This document shows, one piece after another, positions 18,666 to 28,888 of a DNA stretch of 64,000 bases. The notes below the pieces were generated by a model. The model worked only from the letters and a program-made list of their open reading frames with translations. It made no database searches and was not told the origin of the DNA. The translations under genes and the position numbers were made by a program. Within the stretch, counting starts at the first letter, position 1. Every line of letters begins with the position of its first letter. The stretch comes from an uncultured bacterium (GTDB lineage: Bacteria > Chloroflexota > UBA5177 > JANWHV01), in assembly GCA_963729625.1 (NCBI GenBank), contig CAVSOU010000008.1, positions 768,001 to 832,000 on the forward strand. The letters run 5' to 3'.

Positions 18666-19174
18666 GCGGCAATCGTAGCACAGCTTATTACGCTGTGCAG
18701 CGTGCTGTGCGCTCAAGCGCCGGTGCTTTTCAGGCCACCGTCTCAGGTTATGTCAGGCCTCCAGCGCGGCGAGGATGGAAGGGCGACCACCGGGGGGACC
18801 CGGGCGCGGCCGAATCAAGCGCGACGAAGTGCATAGGCAAGGCGGCCTGATGGTAGCGACGGCCTGTGAGCGGACCTGAAGCCCGACTGCAGCCTGGTCA
18901 ACCGGCGTGTCGCTGGCGCGGAAGGTGCGGCTGCAGCCATAGCGTTGAGCTCGGTCGTCATACCTGGCGCGTGAACATGCGCCTGCGCCAGAGTGCCATA
19001 CGCTGACGGATGCGGAGGGTGGTAGGATGCGGTGCCGGGAGAAAGCGACATCAAGCACGACTACCGGGCAGCGGGCTTCAGCGAGCGACAATGAAAGGGA
19101 GAGCGACGCTGAACGCGCCGGCTGCCGGCTGCGCGGACCTGCGAGACTGAGCTTGCCGTTATCGAATCGGAGAG

Positions 19175-19539
19175 TCACTCGGCCGAGGCGTAACAGGTCC
19201 AGAAGAACTGGTTAGAATCCGGCACGTAGGCGGCTAGCCGCTCTCCAGGCGCGCGGTCTGGGTGCCCTGCATGAAAGGCATCTGTGCGGCCGCCTACGCG
19301 GCGTAGCAGGTCCAGTAGAACTGGTTCGTCTCCGGTATGTAGGCGGCGTAGCCGCTCTCGCGGCGCCGCAGGTGTTGGCGCTCTGCGGCGTGAAAGGCAT
19401 CTGAGCGGCTACCTGTGCGCTCGGGTGCGCACGGTAAACTGAACCGCCAGCCGGGACCAGGGTTCGATCGCACGAGGCAATCCTGCCGGCACGAGTGCTA
19501 TGTCGTGGCGGCCGAACGAGCAAACGCAAAGAGAGACAT
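19175..19539 (-). pseudogene. Decayed small gene carrying two ~38-40-codon peptide repeats
   Basis: AAAGGGA RBS plus ATG at 19539. Repeats AQMPF...ESGYAAY(I/V)P(E/D)(T/S)NQF(Y/F)WTCYA; each copy has a 1-nt deletion, with one TAG between them. Confidence 0.55.
19187..19418. repeat. Imperfect tandem direct repeat, 113 bp + 119 bp
   Basis: ggcgtaacaggtccagaagaactggtt...gaaaggcatctgtgcggc versus ggcgtagcaggtccagtagaactggtt...gaaaggcatctgagcggc. Confidence 0.9.
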
Positions 19540-19824
19540 CGGTCTTCCCTTTCATCGACATCTAGTGTCATAGACGCTAACGCGGCTGGTTGATCCAGTG
19601 CCGGCTTGTGTGTTCTCCTTCCTCCACTCGGACGACGCAGGTTTGTTCCCGTAGTGTGCGCCGTCAGGTTGCGCCGCGGTATGCACAACCTGCAAGCTTC
19701 AGTAACACGATTCATGCTGCGATTGGGGCTACCTGCTGTGTTTGCGGACAGGTGGAGTTCCGTTTTGCCGTGCTATGCTGGGATTAGGGAGGCACGCGCG
19801 GAAGACGCGCGGCCGTGGGCACCG

Positions 19825-22270
19825 ATGGGAGCGCAGGGTGGGCATTCTGCAACCACAGCAGTTCGCGCAGCTGCTGCGAAACGGCCGTCGCGAAGCGGAG
19901 GCCAGGCAGGAGGGGTTTGCCGAGCGGGCAGGTATCGCCTAACGCACGATCAGCGACGGAGCCGCATACAAGCTGCCGCGACCGGGAGACCCTGGCCCTG
20001 CTGGCAGAAGCATTGGTGACGATCGTCGAGGTGCCTCACATCGAACAAGGCGGCCGCCGGGCACGGGCGCCCGGCCAGGTGACTTCCGGACCACGGTCTA
20101 CCCGGCGCACTGCCCGATACCCTGGCCTTGCTGGGCCGCGAACAAGAAGTACTCGCCGTACAGGCCCTGCTCAAGCAGCAGCACGTCCGCCTGCTCACCC
20201 TGACCGGCCCGGGAGGCGTGGGCAAGACCCGGCTCGCCGTCCAGCTTGCCGTGCGGCTGCAAAGCCGCTTTCGTGATGGCGTCGTGTTCGACGAACTGGC
20301 CGTCGAGATCGAGCCTGGTGCGGGCCGGCGACCGGCCACGGCCGCGGCGCGCGGGACAGGGGCTCCCAGCCGCTCGCCCGCACCCTGACAAGCTTCCTGC
20401 GCGAACGGCAGCTTCTGCTCGTCCTGGACAACTTCGAGCATCTCCTCGAGGCGGCGCCGGATTCGGCGCCGCTTGCCGCCTGCGGCGGGCTGCGGCTGCT
20501 GGTCACCAGCCGGGCACCGCTGCGCCTGCAAGGCGAGCAGGTCTTCCCGGTTCCCCCTCTGGCGGTACCCGACCCCGGCAATCTGCCGTCCCTCGCCGCC
20601 CTGCACGAGGTGGCAAGCGTGCACCTCTTCGTCCAGCGAGCCCACGCCGTGCAACCCGGCTTTACGCTCACCCCGGCGTGAAGCGCGGTGGTGGCGAGCC
20701 CGGTGCGGGGATTTGGCACGATCGGCTGGCTGCGGCGGGGGAGATCACTGCCGCGCGTCGGCATCCCGGTCGCTCGCCTAGACCAGCCCTTGCGGATTCT
20801 GACCTCCGGCGCACGGGACCTGCCGGAGCGGCAGCAAACCCTGCGGCGCACCATTGCCTGGAGCTACGGCCTGCTTACTCCCGCAGACCAGGCACTGTTC
20901 CGTCGTCTGGCCGTCTTTGCCGGTGGCTGCACCCTGGAGGTGGTGGAGGACGTCTGCAGCCTCGAGAGCGGGCCGACGTGACGATGATGTCGAAGTGGCG
21001 CTGCAGCCGCTGCTGGACCAGAACTGCCTATACAGGAAGGGCGGTATGCCGACTTGCTCGACTAGACGCTCCGCGAGTACGGGCGCGACCAGCTGGAGGC
21101 CGCGGGCGAGCTGGATGCGCTGCGCAATCGCCACGCCGCCCATTTCCTCGCCCTGGGAGAGACGGCGGCGGAGCACCGATGGGACACCACCATGCTTGGT
21201 TGGCATGAGCGCTTCAATCGCGAGCTGGACAACCTGCGGGTGGCGGCAGGCTGGTGCGTCGCACGCGGGCAGGCCGGCGACGACGCGGCGACTGAGCGCG
21301 GGTTGGTGGTCCTGGCTGACCTGGGCCTGTACTGGTCGTTTCTGGATGGTCGCTACGGCGAGCTGCGCACCTGGCTGCAGCGTCTGCTGGCGTTGCAGGG
21401 TGCCGTGTCGCAACCGGGGGCCCGCACCGTCGCTGCAACTGGCCTAGATGCTCAATGTGAGGTAGCGGAGCAGGTCGAGCGATACCTGGCGACCCGCAGA
21501 GGAGCAGGTCGACCGCCAGGAACCGGCCGATAGCCTGGCGAGTCTGAGCGGAATCTGTCTCTGGCCTGAACTGACAGGCTCGCGGCCGCGCATCATGCCA
21601 CCTCGACCAGGACCCTTCCTGGCCGAGGCCCTGGAGCTTTGGCAGGAGGCTCGCAACACCACGGACTCTGGCTTTGCGCGCCACTTTCGTGGACTGGTGC
21701 GCTTGCGCGAAGGGGACCTGGGACCTGCCGAAGACGACATGACAGCCTCGTTGGCCGAGGCGGAAGCATGCGGGGACCGCTTTGAAGTCTCAATAAGGCT
21801 GGATTGCCTGGCCCTGGTCGCGCGGGCGCGCGGCGATCTGCTCAGGGCACGCGAGCTGTTTGGGCAGGCCCTGGCACATCACCATGCCCTGGGCTCGCGG
21901 GCGGGCATCGCCTTTACGCTCGCCCGGCTCGGGGAGATCGCTCAGGAGATAGGTGAGGTGGAGACGGCACGCGCCAGCTACGTGGAGGCCCTGTCTGCAC
22001 TGCGCGGGACAGGCGACATCCGGCGCAGCTTCGCCCCGCTATGGGGAATGGCCAACCTGGCCGCGGCCGCGGGCGACTGGGCCAATGCACTAAACCTGGC
22101 CGGCGCAACCACGGCTATCGTCGAGGCAGCGGACCTGGTGTTCTCGCCGCCCGAGGAGGCCACGATGGCCAACATCAGTTGGATTCCCAGGAGGCGCCGT
22201 CGGTAGCGTCCGCTGCCTGCGGCGCAGAGGCTAGCTGCCGCACGGGCCGCCGACGCCCAGGCTACCTGAC
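19825..22270 (+). pseudogene. XRE-HTH + STAND (NB-ARC-like) ATPase + TPR regulator, multiply frameshifted
   Basis: Fragments in shifting frames: FAQLLR...QEGFAERAGI (HTH), LLGREQE, LLTLTGPGGVGKTRLA (Walker A), LLVLDNFEH (Walker B), LVTSR, RQQTLRRTIAWSY, RRLAVFAGG, ELDNLR, then TPR-like helices. Confidence 0.85.
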
Positions 22271-22605
22271 CGCGTGGCAGGCGAGCAGAGCGGCTGGTAG
22301 CTTTACCAACGCCACGGTGGGATCGACAGGCATGGACCTTATCCCGGGCCTCGAGTCCCCTCTCGCGGGTGCATCTTGCCCGCCCCCGTCTATGCACTCG
22401 CCTAGGATTGTCACGCCAGGGGTAGGGTGTCGGCGCATCCAGATGCCGTAGTGGTGCTGGCCCATCACCAGCCGATGCCTGAGCGGTGCTTCGATCCACG
22501 GTCAACCGCGGTACCTTCCTTCACAAGCACATCCAAAGATAGTGTTGTTGGTTGTGCGCCTGCGCTCGGAGCGCGATATCAGCGACATCATGTAGAACTG
22601 CCGTT

Positions 22606-22911
22606 AGAGCGCGTTCAGAAAGGTCTTGGCAGCCTAATCGAACCACCTATGCGACGGCCGGAGTTTCGAGCGTCCGGCTTGGACATAGTCAAAGCGGGCG
22701 AGCTTGCACCTATTGGGGCCAGATAGACCCGCGACTCGCGTACCGGCAGGAGCGTGTAATAGTCTTCGCACAGCCGCCGACAGCGCGAAAGGCAGTCGAA
22801 CGTCTGTTCCACGACCCACCGGCGCTCGCGCACTTGGAGGCCACGCTGACCCGCCGGTGGATGGACGATCTCCAGTTCAAAGCCCAACTCCTCGCGCACC
22901 CTGGTTCGCAT
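22606..22911 (-). mobile_element. IS5-family transposase C-terminal remnant with probable terminal inverted repeat
   Basis: LEIVHPP...QVRERRWVVEQTFDCLSRCRRLCEDY is a degenerate RWVVERTFAWL..RRL.KDYE. GAGCGCGTTCAGAAAG at the element end overlaps the stop. Confidence 0.8.
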
Positions 22912-23030
22912 GTACGCTCTGTACCATGTGTTTCGCCCCGCTGCTCGCTTCCCCAGATACGCAAGTAATGATTAGGGCTTTAAGTACATCGCAGCGCACC
23001 GCGCTACCATGACAGCTGGGAGGGTCGAAG

Positions 23031-23580
23031 ATGCAGCCAACGATCTGGCACGACGCGTCGACCGAGGACGCGGCGCAGCAAGACACGCTCATCGATCAAC
23101 TTCGCCTGGCGGGCCTGCACTATCTCGGCGGCGGCACTCGACGCCGCCCCCCTGCCTGGCCACCCGACGTTCTGCTGCGTACCCTGGCGACATGCTCCGA
23201 GCCACGCCTGCGTCTGGCACTCGTCGCACTCCTGCTCCGCCAACCCGTGCTCGCTGCCCGGGTGCGGACTCTCGCGTAACAGGTCGATGATACGGCGCTT
23301 GCCCTTCGCCTCCGTACGAGCATATTGGCCGCGTCCGCGCTGCAGCGAACCTGGGCCTTCAGCCTCGACCTCTACCAACCAGGCTGGCGTCCCATCGAAA
23401 GCACTGTACTAGCGCCCGATCTCCACGTGAGCCCCCCGGAGGACGAGTTCGGTCGCGCCCCCTGGCGACCTCGCCCGCCTCCTCGCGGACGATCAGCCGC
23501 TGGCGCCGGACTACGCCGGCGCGTGGGAAGATGTCGGGCGGAGCGTCATCGACGACCTGCGCGCTGAGGAGAACTGGCAT
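23031..23580 (+). pseudogene. Hypothetical protein (probable partner of a DUF6036 nucleotidyltransferase), interrupted
   Basis: GGAGGG RBS; LATCSEPRLRLALVALLLRQP; in-frame TAA at 23277-23279, after which the frame continues (LAASALQRTW). Confidence 0.5.
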
Positions 23581-23584
23581 CCTT

Positions 23585-23820
23585 TCCAGCGCGCTGGCCA
23601 AAATCGAGCGCGGCCAGTAGCGCAACACGCGGACGCGACGGCACTATGACGTGCGGGCGTCGTCAGCCTGGACCAGATTATCGCTGCCTTCGAGGAAATC
23701 GCGCCGCGCATTGAGACCGAAGCGCTTCCCCGCGTGGTCGAGGCGGACTTTCGCCGCAAGGTCAGTGGCTTCGCCGCTTATATGCAGGCCCAGCGCGCTA
23801 CTGACGACCGCAGCCGCTGA
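23585..23820 (+). pseudogene. DUF6036-like nucleotidyltransferase, C-terminal remnant
   Basis: SALAKIERGQ*...AGVVSLDQIIAAFEEIAP...ADFRRKV resembles the DUF6036 C-terminus from memory; the N-terminal catalytic part is missing. Confidence 0.55.
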
Positions 23821-24199
23821 CAGCCTCGCCCGGCACCAAACAGACTCACGCGCCCCATCGCGCAGTAGAACAACATCTGCGTCCAAGGCTCCTCGAACTC
23901 GACGAATGGCAGGTCCAGGGTACGCAACCCGCGACGACCCGCGACGACCCGCCCTTCGGGCAGGTACCCCGGCGGTACCCGGCGGGTCGCCCCTACCATT
24001 CGGCAGCAGCCGGAGGCCCAAGACATCCCGCCAGACGGCTTGAAAATGTACTACGCTAGGTGCCGGCCACGACGGGCGGCGGTGCCCCGTTTGGAGTACG
24101 GTAATACAGCAAGACCTCCCACGCGGCCCCGAACACGCCTCGGCCGCTCGAGACGTAGAGGCGACGGCAGGAGGATGAGCGAGACTGGCAGGCATCGCG

Positions 24200-26242
24200 A
24201 TGCGACACAGACGACGAATCTCGGGTGAGCTGCTGGGGCGATCGGTCACCGTGGCGGCTTTCCTGGCCGGATTCGCGGCCGCTGCGCCGCACCCCGACGT
24301 CAATGCCAGCCAGCGGCACGCGAACGCCGCGACCACATTTGCGGGCTGGGCGATGGACGCCTATCCCGGCGACAGCGTGGCAACCTTGAAGTCCGAAATG
24401 CAGAAACAGGTCGCCGCCGGCTCCACCATCGTCTGGCTTGGACACAATAACCCGGGTGAAGTAGACCGGACAAAAGGCGAGCCCGGTCTCTCGTTCGCAG
24501 TGTGGCAGGCGCTTGAGGACGCGACCTCGCCGCGCCATGCCGACGCGGTGGCCATGACGCGAGCAGTGCAATACGCTCTCGAGGCGGCGCGCTCGATCGG
24601 CGTGCCGGTCGTGCTGCCGATCGGGTATCAGATTCAGATGGGCGCCGCGTGGAACACGGCGCATCCCCAGGACCTGCGCGTGGACGCGCGCGGGAAAACG
24701 TACAACGCCGGCGGCGAGTCGGCCTCCTTCTACGCACCGGACTACCAGCACGACATTCTGACCTATTACCGGTGGGTGGACGTGACCTTCGTCCGACCCT
24801 ACCGGGACACGATCACTATGCTGAATCTGGCCGATGAGCCCGCGGACGGCGACTACTCCACCTGGGCGGATGCCGCGTTTCATCGCCAGTACGGGTTCAG
24901 CATGAGCGCGGTGGGAACGAATCCACGGCGGCAGACCAGTTTGGGGCGGTTTCAAGCCGAGTATGTCGCCGACTACGCGGCGTGGAGCGCCGGTCAGTGG
25001 CTCACGCTCGATCGGGGCGTCAAGGTAACGATGTCGTTTGACGGTGGGTACAGCCGCGTCAAGCATGAGGGGCCCGACCTGGAGGCGATCTTCCGCCTGG
25101 CGCCTGCCAACTTCGAGGTCACGTTCGATGCCTATCCCAAGGACGGCCTCTACACGACGCCCGCGCACAGTACCGATGTCTATGCGCTGTACGGTTTGGT
25201 ACGAACGTTAGGGCACTATTCCGCTATCTACAAACGGCCGCTCTGGCTGTGGTCGACGGCGAACAGTTGGGGGCTGAATGGCGCGAGCAGCGATCCGGGT
25301 TCGATTCCGGATGCGGTGGCGAACGCAATCTACCTCGCCCTGCTGGCGCGGGAGACGGGCGGCGACCTGCAGGGCATTGCCGTATGGAACTACAACATCA
25401 GGGGCCAGGGACTGTTCAACGACACGCACCGCTACTACTACGATCCGGCACGGATGTTCGCCCGTGTATCGGCGACGTTCCCGCTCTTGCGGGCAGTCAT
25501 GTCGGCTCCTCCCGGCCGGCCCGACGCGGTCATTCTGGCTTCGAACGCTCACGACCTGCTCGTGGCTGGCCGGACACGCGCCATGCGAGCGCTCGACACG
25601 TACGATTGGACGGCGCTCGCGTCGTTCGCTCATGACGACGTGCCGGCGCCTATCGTCACGCACCTGGACTCCAGCGACCTTGCGACCGTGACACACGTCG
25701 TGGTACTGGATCGCACTGCCGCCGACGTGGCGCCCGTCGACAGAGCCGCGCTGGCCGGAATCCTCCGTGCCGGCGGCGCGGTGCTGACCTCAGCTCCGGT
25801 TGCCGCGCTGCTTGCGCCCAGCAACGCCGAGCAGGTGCAGGTGGCATCCGGCACGGCAGCCATGGGCTCCGTCTTCCGGTACCGCATTGCCAGGGGGCAG
25901 CTGTACGCGGTCCTTGGCATCTCAGTTGAGCAGATCTTCACCGACGCCAACCAGCGATGGTCCGGAAGCGTGATGCAGGCGTTTTTCCATAAGAGTGTTC
26001 AGCCCGCCGGGTTCCTCGTGAGTCTGGATGGGGTGACGCTGCTGTACGGTGGACTCTCCGCGTCGGGCGCCTCGTTCGTGGTGCAGGCCCCTCTCCCGGG
26101 CTCGCCACCCGTGTTGGCCGTGTACGATGCCGGCGGCGCGGTCAAGCAAATCATCCGGCTCGCTGGACGCAGCGGATCGATCCGTGTTCACGTGCCAAGG
26201 CGCACGTATGCCCTGGCAACGCAGGACGGAAAGGGAGGTTAG
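24200..26242 (+). CDS. Secreted glycoside hydrolase-like protein (clan GH-A / GH42-like TIM barrel plus C-terminal domains)
   Basis: Signal peptide; ASFYAPDY, NLADEP (acid/base position), FDAYP, PLWLW, AVWNYN; GH42-trimerisation-like middle region. Confidence 0.65.
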   Translation: MRHRRRISGELLGRSVTVAAFLAGFAAAAPHPDVNASQRHANAATTFAGWAMDAYPGDSVATLKSEMQKQVAAGSTIVWLGHNNPGEVDRTKGEPGLSFAVWQALEDATSPRHADAVAMTRAVQYALEAARSIGVPVVLPIGYQIQMGAAWNTAHPQDLRVDARGKTYNAGGESASFYAPDYQHDILTYYRWVDVTFVRPYRDTITMLNLADEPADGDYSTWADAAFHRQYGFSMSAVGTNPRRQTSLGRFQAEYVADYAAWSAGQWLTLDRGVKVTMSFDGGYSRVKHEGPDLEAIFRLAPANFEVTFDAYPKDGLYTTPAHSTDVYALYGLVRTLGHYSAIYKRPLWLWSTANSWGLNGASSDPGSIPDAVANAIYLALLARETGGDLQGIAVWNYNIRGQGLFNDTHRYYYDPARMFARVSATFPLLRAVMSAPPGRPDAVILASNAHDLLVAGRTRAMRALDTYDWTALASFAHDDVPAPIVTHLDSSDLATVTHVVVLDRTAADVAPVDRAALAGILRAGGAVLTSAPVAALLAPSNAEQVQVASGTAAMGSVFRYRIARGQLYAVLGISVEQIFTDANQRWSGSVMQAFFHKSVQPAGFLVSLDGVTLLYGGLSASGASFVVQAPLPGSPPVLAVYDAGGAVKQIIRLAGRSGSIRVHVPRRTYALATQDGKGG

Positions 26243-26337
26243 CGCCGGACCCGGGTTGCGCGGCGCGAGCGGTGGAGTAGCAGTACAATGAAGGGCGAAG
26301 CGCACATCGTCTGGCGGCGCGTCGGCGGGCACGAGAT

Positions 26338-27231
26338 CTACCGGGAGCCCTGAGCGGAGCCTCCGGCCCGAGCGATTTCCGTGGAGACCCAGCCGAGAAC
26401 GACCGCGTTCGCGCCGTGCTGTTTTGCCAACGCCAGGTCGGTGCGCGCTGCCCTAATCCGGCCAAGCTCCAGCTCGTCCCAGCCGATCGACAGGTAGTAG
26501 TTCCGGCTTGAGCCGTATCCTGTCGTGTCCTGCAGCTTGCCGGCAAGCAGTTTCTCCGATCGCGCCAGGTCGCCGGCATAGGCTGCGGCACGGTTCCAGC
26601 CAGCCGCTCTGAGCACGGAGTTGAGCAGGGGCTGCTTTCCGGGCGAGTAGAGGACCATGAAGCGGCGGTTCGTGCTCTTCCAGATGGCATCGAACTCCGA
26701 ATAGCCGATCACGTGGCCCTGTCCCAAATAGGGATCGCTGGATACGAAGCTTCCCTTGGCGTCGTCATACGCCTGAATGGGCCTGTAATGCCCGACATGG
26801 TCTGTGAGGCTGACGTATTGGCTGACGATGACGGGGAAGCCGTTGGCGACCAGCAGCTTCACCAGGCGCTCGTTGCCGGCGATGCCGAGTAGCGCCCGCA
26901 TGCCAAGACCGCGCATGTAGGCAGGCACCCCGTAGGGTGACGTGCCATGCGCGTTGCCGTCGGCGCGAATGACCGATTGAACCTGCCACTGGGTGCGATA
27001 TACGCCCCAGTAGGCCAGCACCTCGGCAACCGACGCAGGCCCACAATTGTTCCACGTCTGTGGAATATTCTCCAGCGGGCCCAGGGCGGCGCTGGGCCGC
27101 AACGGCGCCGGCCCTGCCTTTGACGTGGCCCTGGCCAGCGCGGCACTGCCTGGCAGCGCGGTCTGTGCCCCGGCAAGAAGCACGATCACGAACGCGATTG
27201 CGCCGGAAAGGAATCGGCGATGGTTAGTCAT
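26338..27231 (-). CDS. Secreted C39-like cysteine peptidase
   Basis: QTWNNCGPAS (Q, C), GHYRPIQAYD (H, D), DPY; N-terminal HRRFL plus hydrophobic signal. Confidence 0.85.
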   Translation of the reverse strand: MTNHRRFLSGAIAFVIVLLAGAQTALPGSAALARATSKAGPAPLRPSAALGPLENIPQTWNNCGPASVAEVLAYWGVYRTQWQVQSVIRADGNAHGTSPYGVPAYMRGLGMRALLGIAGNERLVKLLVANGFPVIVSQYVSLTDHVGHYRPIQAYDDAKGSFVSSDPYLGQGHVIGYSEFDAIWKSTNRRFMVLYSPGKQPLLNSVLRAAGWNRAAAYAGDLARSEKLLAGKLQDTTGYGSSRNYYLSIGWDELELGRIRAARTDLALAKQHGANAVVLGWVSTEIARAGGSAQGSR

Positions 27232-27607
27232 GACAGATCCTCGAGCGGTGACTGGCGAACTTCCACCTTCGAGCATAGCAGACTGCCGCACATGGTCGTT
27301 TTGTATACTGACTGCGTACCAGGGCCAGGTAGCTCTCGGTCTACGGTGTGCTTGGGGACGAGGTAGGGGCGAAGCGCACTCGTCCGCGTCGAGGTGGCCG
27401 GAGGTATGCCACACACCCCTACATGACTACACGACTGCAGTACTGATCGCAGGATCACCCGCTCGGCGGTGCATCATCAAGCAGCGTGCTTTTGTTGACG
27501 CCGACGACACCCGGCCCCGGCCGTTCCGGGACCCACAAGAGTGGGTGGCTCTGCCTTCCTGCCGGGGCTGGAGGCCCGATAAGAACACTCAGTAGATGGA
27601 GGTTGTC

Positions 27608-28426
27608 ATGCGTATTGCCATCGTCGGCGCCGGCATCATGGCTGAGGCCATCATCAAGGGTATCCTGGGCAAGGGCCTGTGCGGCCCTGATTCCCTGGTT
27701 GCCAGCGATCCCCGCGACGAGCGCCGCACCTTTCTCCAGATGCAGTATGGCATCCGGCTCCACGAATCGAACGTCGACGCGATCGAAGGCGCCACGGTCG
27801 TCATCCTGGCCGTCAAGCCGCAGAACATTCCCGCGGTGCTCAAGGACCTGGGACCTGTGTTGACGACGGATCAGGCGCTCATTTCGATTGCCGCGGGCAT
27901 TGCCCTGAGCACGCTCGAGCAGGGTTTCAGTCGCCAATCGATCGTGCGAGCCATGCCGAACACTCCGTGCCTGGTCGGCGAGGGGATGATCGTGTGGGTG
28001 CCGAACGCGTGGGTCACTTCGGCGCAGGTCGAGCTGACGCGCAGCATCTTCGGCGCGCTGGGTCGTCAGCTGCAAGTCTCAAACGAGTCGTTTCTGAACA
28101 TGGCGACCTGCATTTCCGGCTCGGGCCCCGCCTACCTCTTCCTCTTCATGGAGGCGCTCATCGATGCCGGTGTGCAGATCGGCCTACCGCGCTACATGTC
28201 GGAAGAGCTGGTCACGCAGACCGTGCTCGGGTCGGTCAAGCTCACGGCGGAATCCGAGCGCCATCCGGCAGCGCTCAAGAACGACGTGACGTCGCCCGGC
28301 GGCACGACGGCGCAGGCCCTCTACCATCTGGAAAAGGGCGGGCTTCGCTCGACCATCGCCGAAGCCGTGCTCGCCGCGTATCACCGCGCGCAGTCGCTGG
28401 GCAGGGCTGAGGGGGATCCCAGGTAG
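27608..28426 (+). CDS. proC: Pyrroline-5-carboxylate reductase
   Basis: GAGIMA, LAVKPQ, SIAAG, RAMPNTP, SGSGPAY, VTSPGGTT; GGAGG RBS. Confidence 0.97.
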   Translation: MRIAIVGAGIMAEAIIKGILGKGLCGPDSLVASDPRDERRTFLQMQYGIRLHESNVDAIEGATVVILAVKPQNIPAVLKDLGPVLTTDQALISIAAGIALSTLEQGFSRQSIVRAMPNTPCLVGEGMIVWVPNAWVTSAQVELTRSIFGALGRQLQVSNESFLNMATCISGSGPAYLFLFMEALIDAGVQIGLPRYMSEELVTQTVLGSVKLTAESERHPAALKNDVTSPGGTTAQALYHLEKGGLRSTIAEAVLAAYHRAQSLGRAEGDPR

Positions 28427-28791
28427 TCGCGAGCCGCGTTCTTGAGCACGGACAGCCCGAGAGTAGCGCAGCGCGGGCGGACTTTCAGCAGCTCAGGCCC
28501 CAGCTCTTTGGCAAGATCGTCGGCAGTCATAGTCTCCAGCTCGGCCAACGTCTTCCCTTGGACCAGCTCTGTGAGCAACGAAGCAGCTGCCTGGCTGATT
28601 GTGCAGCCCTGTCCTTCAAAGCTGATCTCTGCGAGACGATTCTCATCATCCAGTCGCGCATACATGCTGACGACGTCGCCGCACCCGGGATTGCTTCCGG
28701 AGGCATGGAGTGGCGCGCCTGCCAGCGACCCATGATTGCGTGGGTTCTCGAAGTAGTCGAGCAGAGTTTCGATGGCCGCTTCGCGGTTCAT
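28381..28791 (-). CDS. sufU: SufU/IscU-type Fe-S scaffold / sulfur acceptor
   Basis: NPRNHG, NPGCGD, GCTISQAAAS, RPRCA (three conserved Cys). Confidence 0.88.
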   Translation of the reverse strand: MNREAAIETLLDYFENPRNHGSLAGAPLHASGSNPGCGDVVSMYARLDDENRLAEISFEGQGCTISQAAASLLTELVQGKTLAELETMTADDLAKELGPELLKVRPRCATLGLSVLKNAARDYLGSPSALPSDCAR

Positions 28792-28888
28792 TGCACCTCC
28801 AATCTAGCATGTCTCGGACCAATGCGACACCACGTTTCCTCATTGACATGCGTTCGATTCGGCACTACTGTAGCTGCAGCGCCGGGAT

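Noticed and set aside
19187-19418. Tandem riboswitch/structured RNA or CRISPR interpretation of the direct repeat
   Set aside because: Some stems can be drawn, but no known aptamer consensus matches and the differences between copies follow codon structure on the minus strand. There are only two long units and no spacers.
23928-23954. Short tandem repeat (CCCGCGACGA) x2.5
   Set aside because: Too short and GC-rich to imply function; it lies in the decayed tract.
27248-27260. GTGACTGGCGAAC resembling the 5' part of a ZTP riboswitch
   Set aside because: It lacks the GTGG/CCAC P2 stem and the 3' GCCTGGGC pseudoknot hairpin, and it overlaps the leader of the opposite-strand peptidase gene.
27511-27571. 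Possible T-box leader before proC (hairpin with GGGTGG)
   Set aside because: No TGGNACC T-box bulge, specifier stem or terminator is recognisable; only a GC-rich hairpin.
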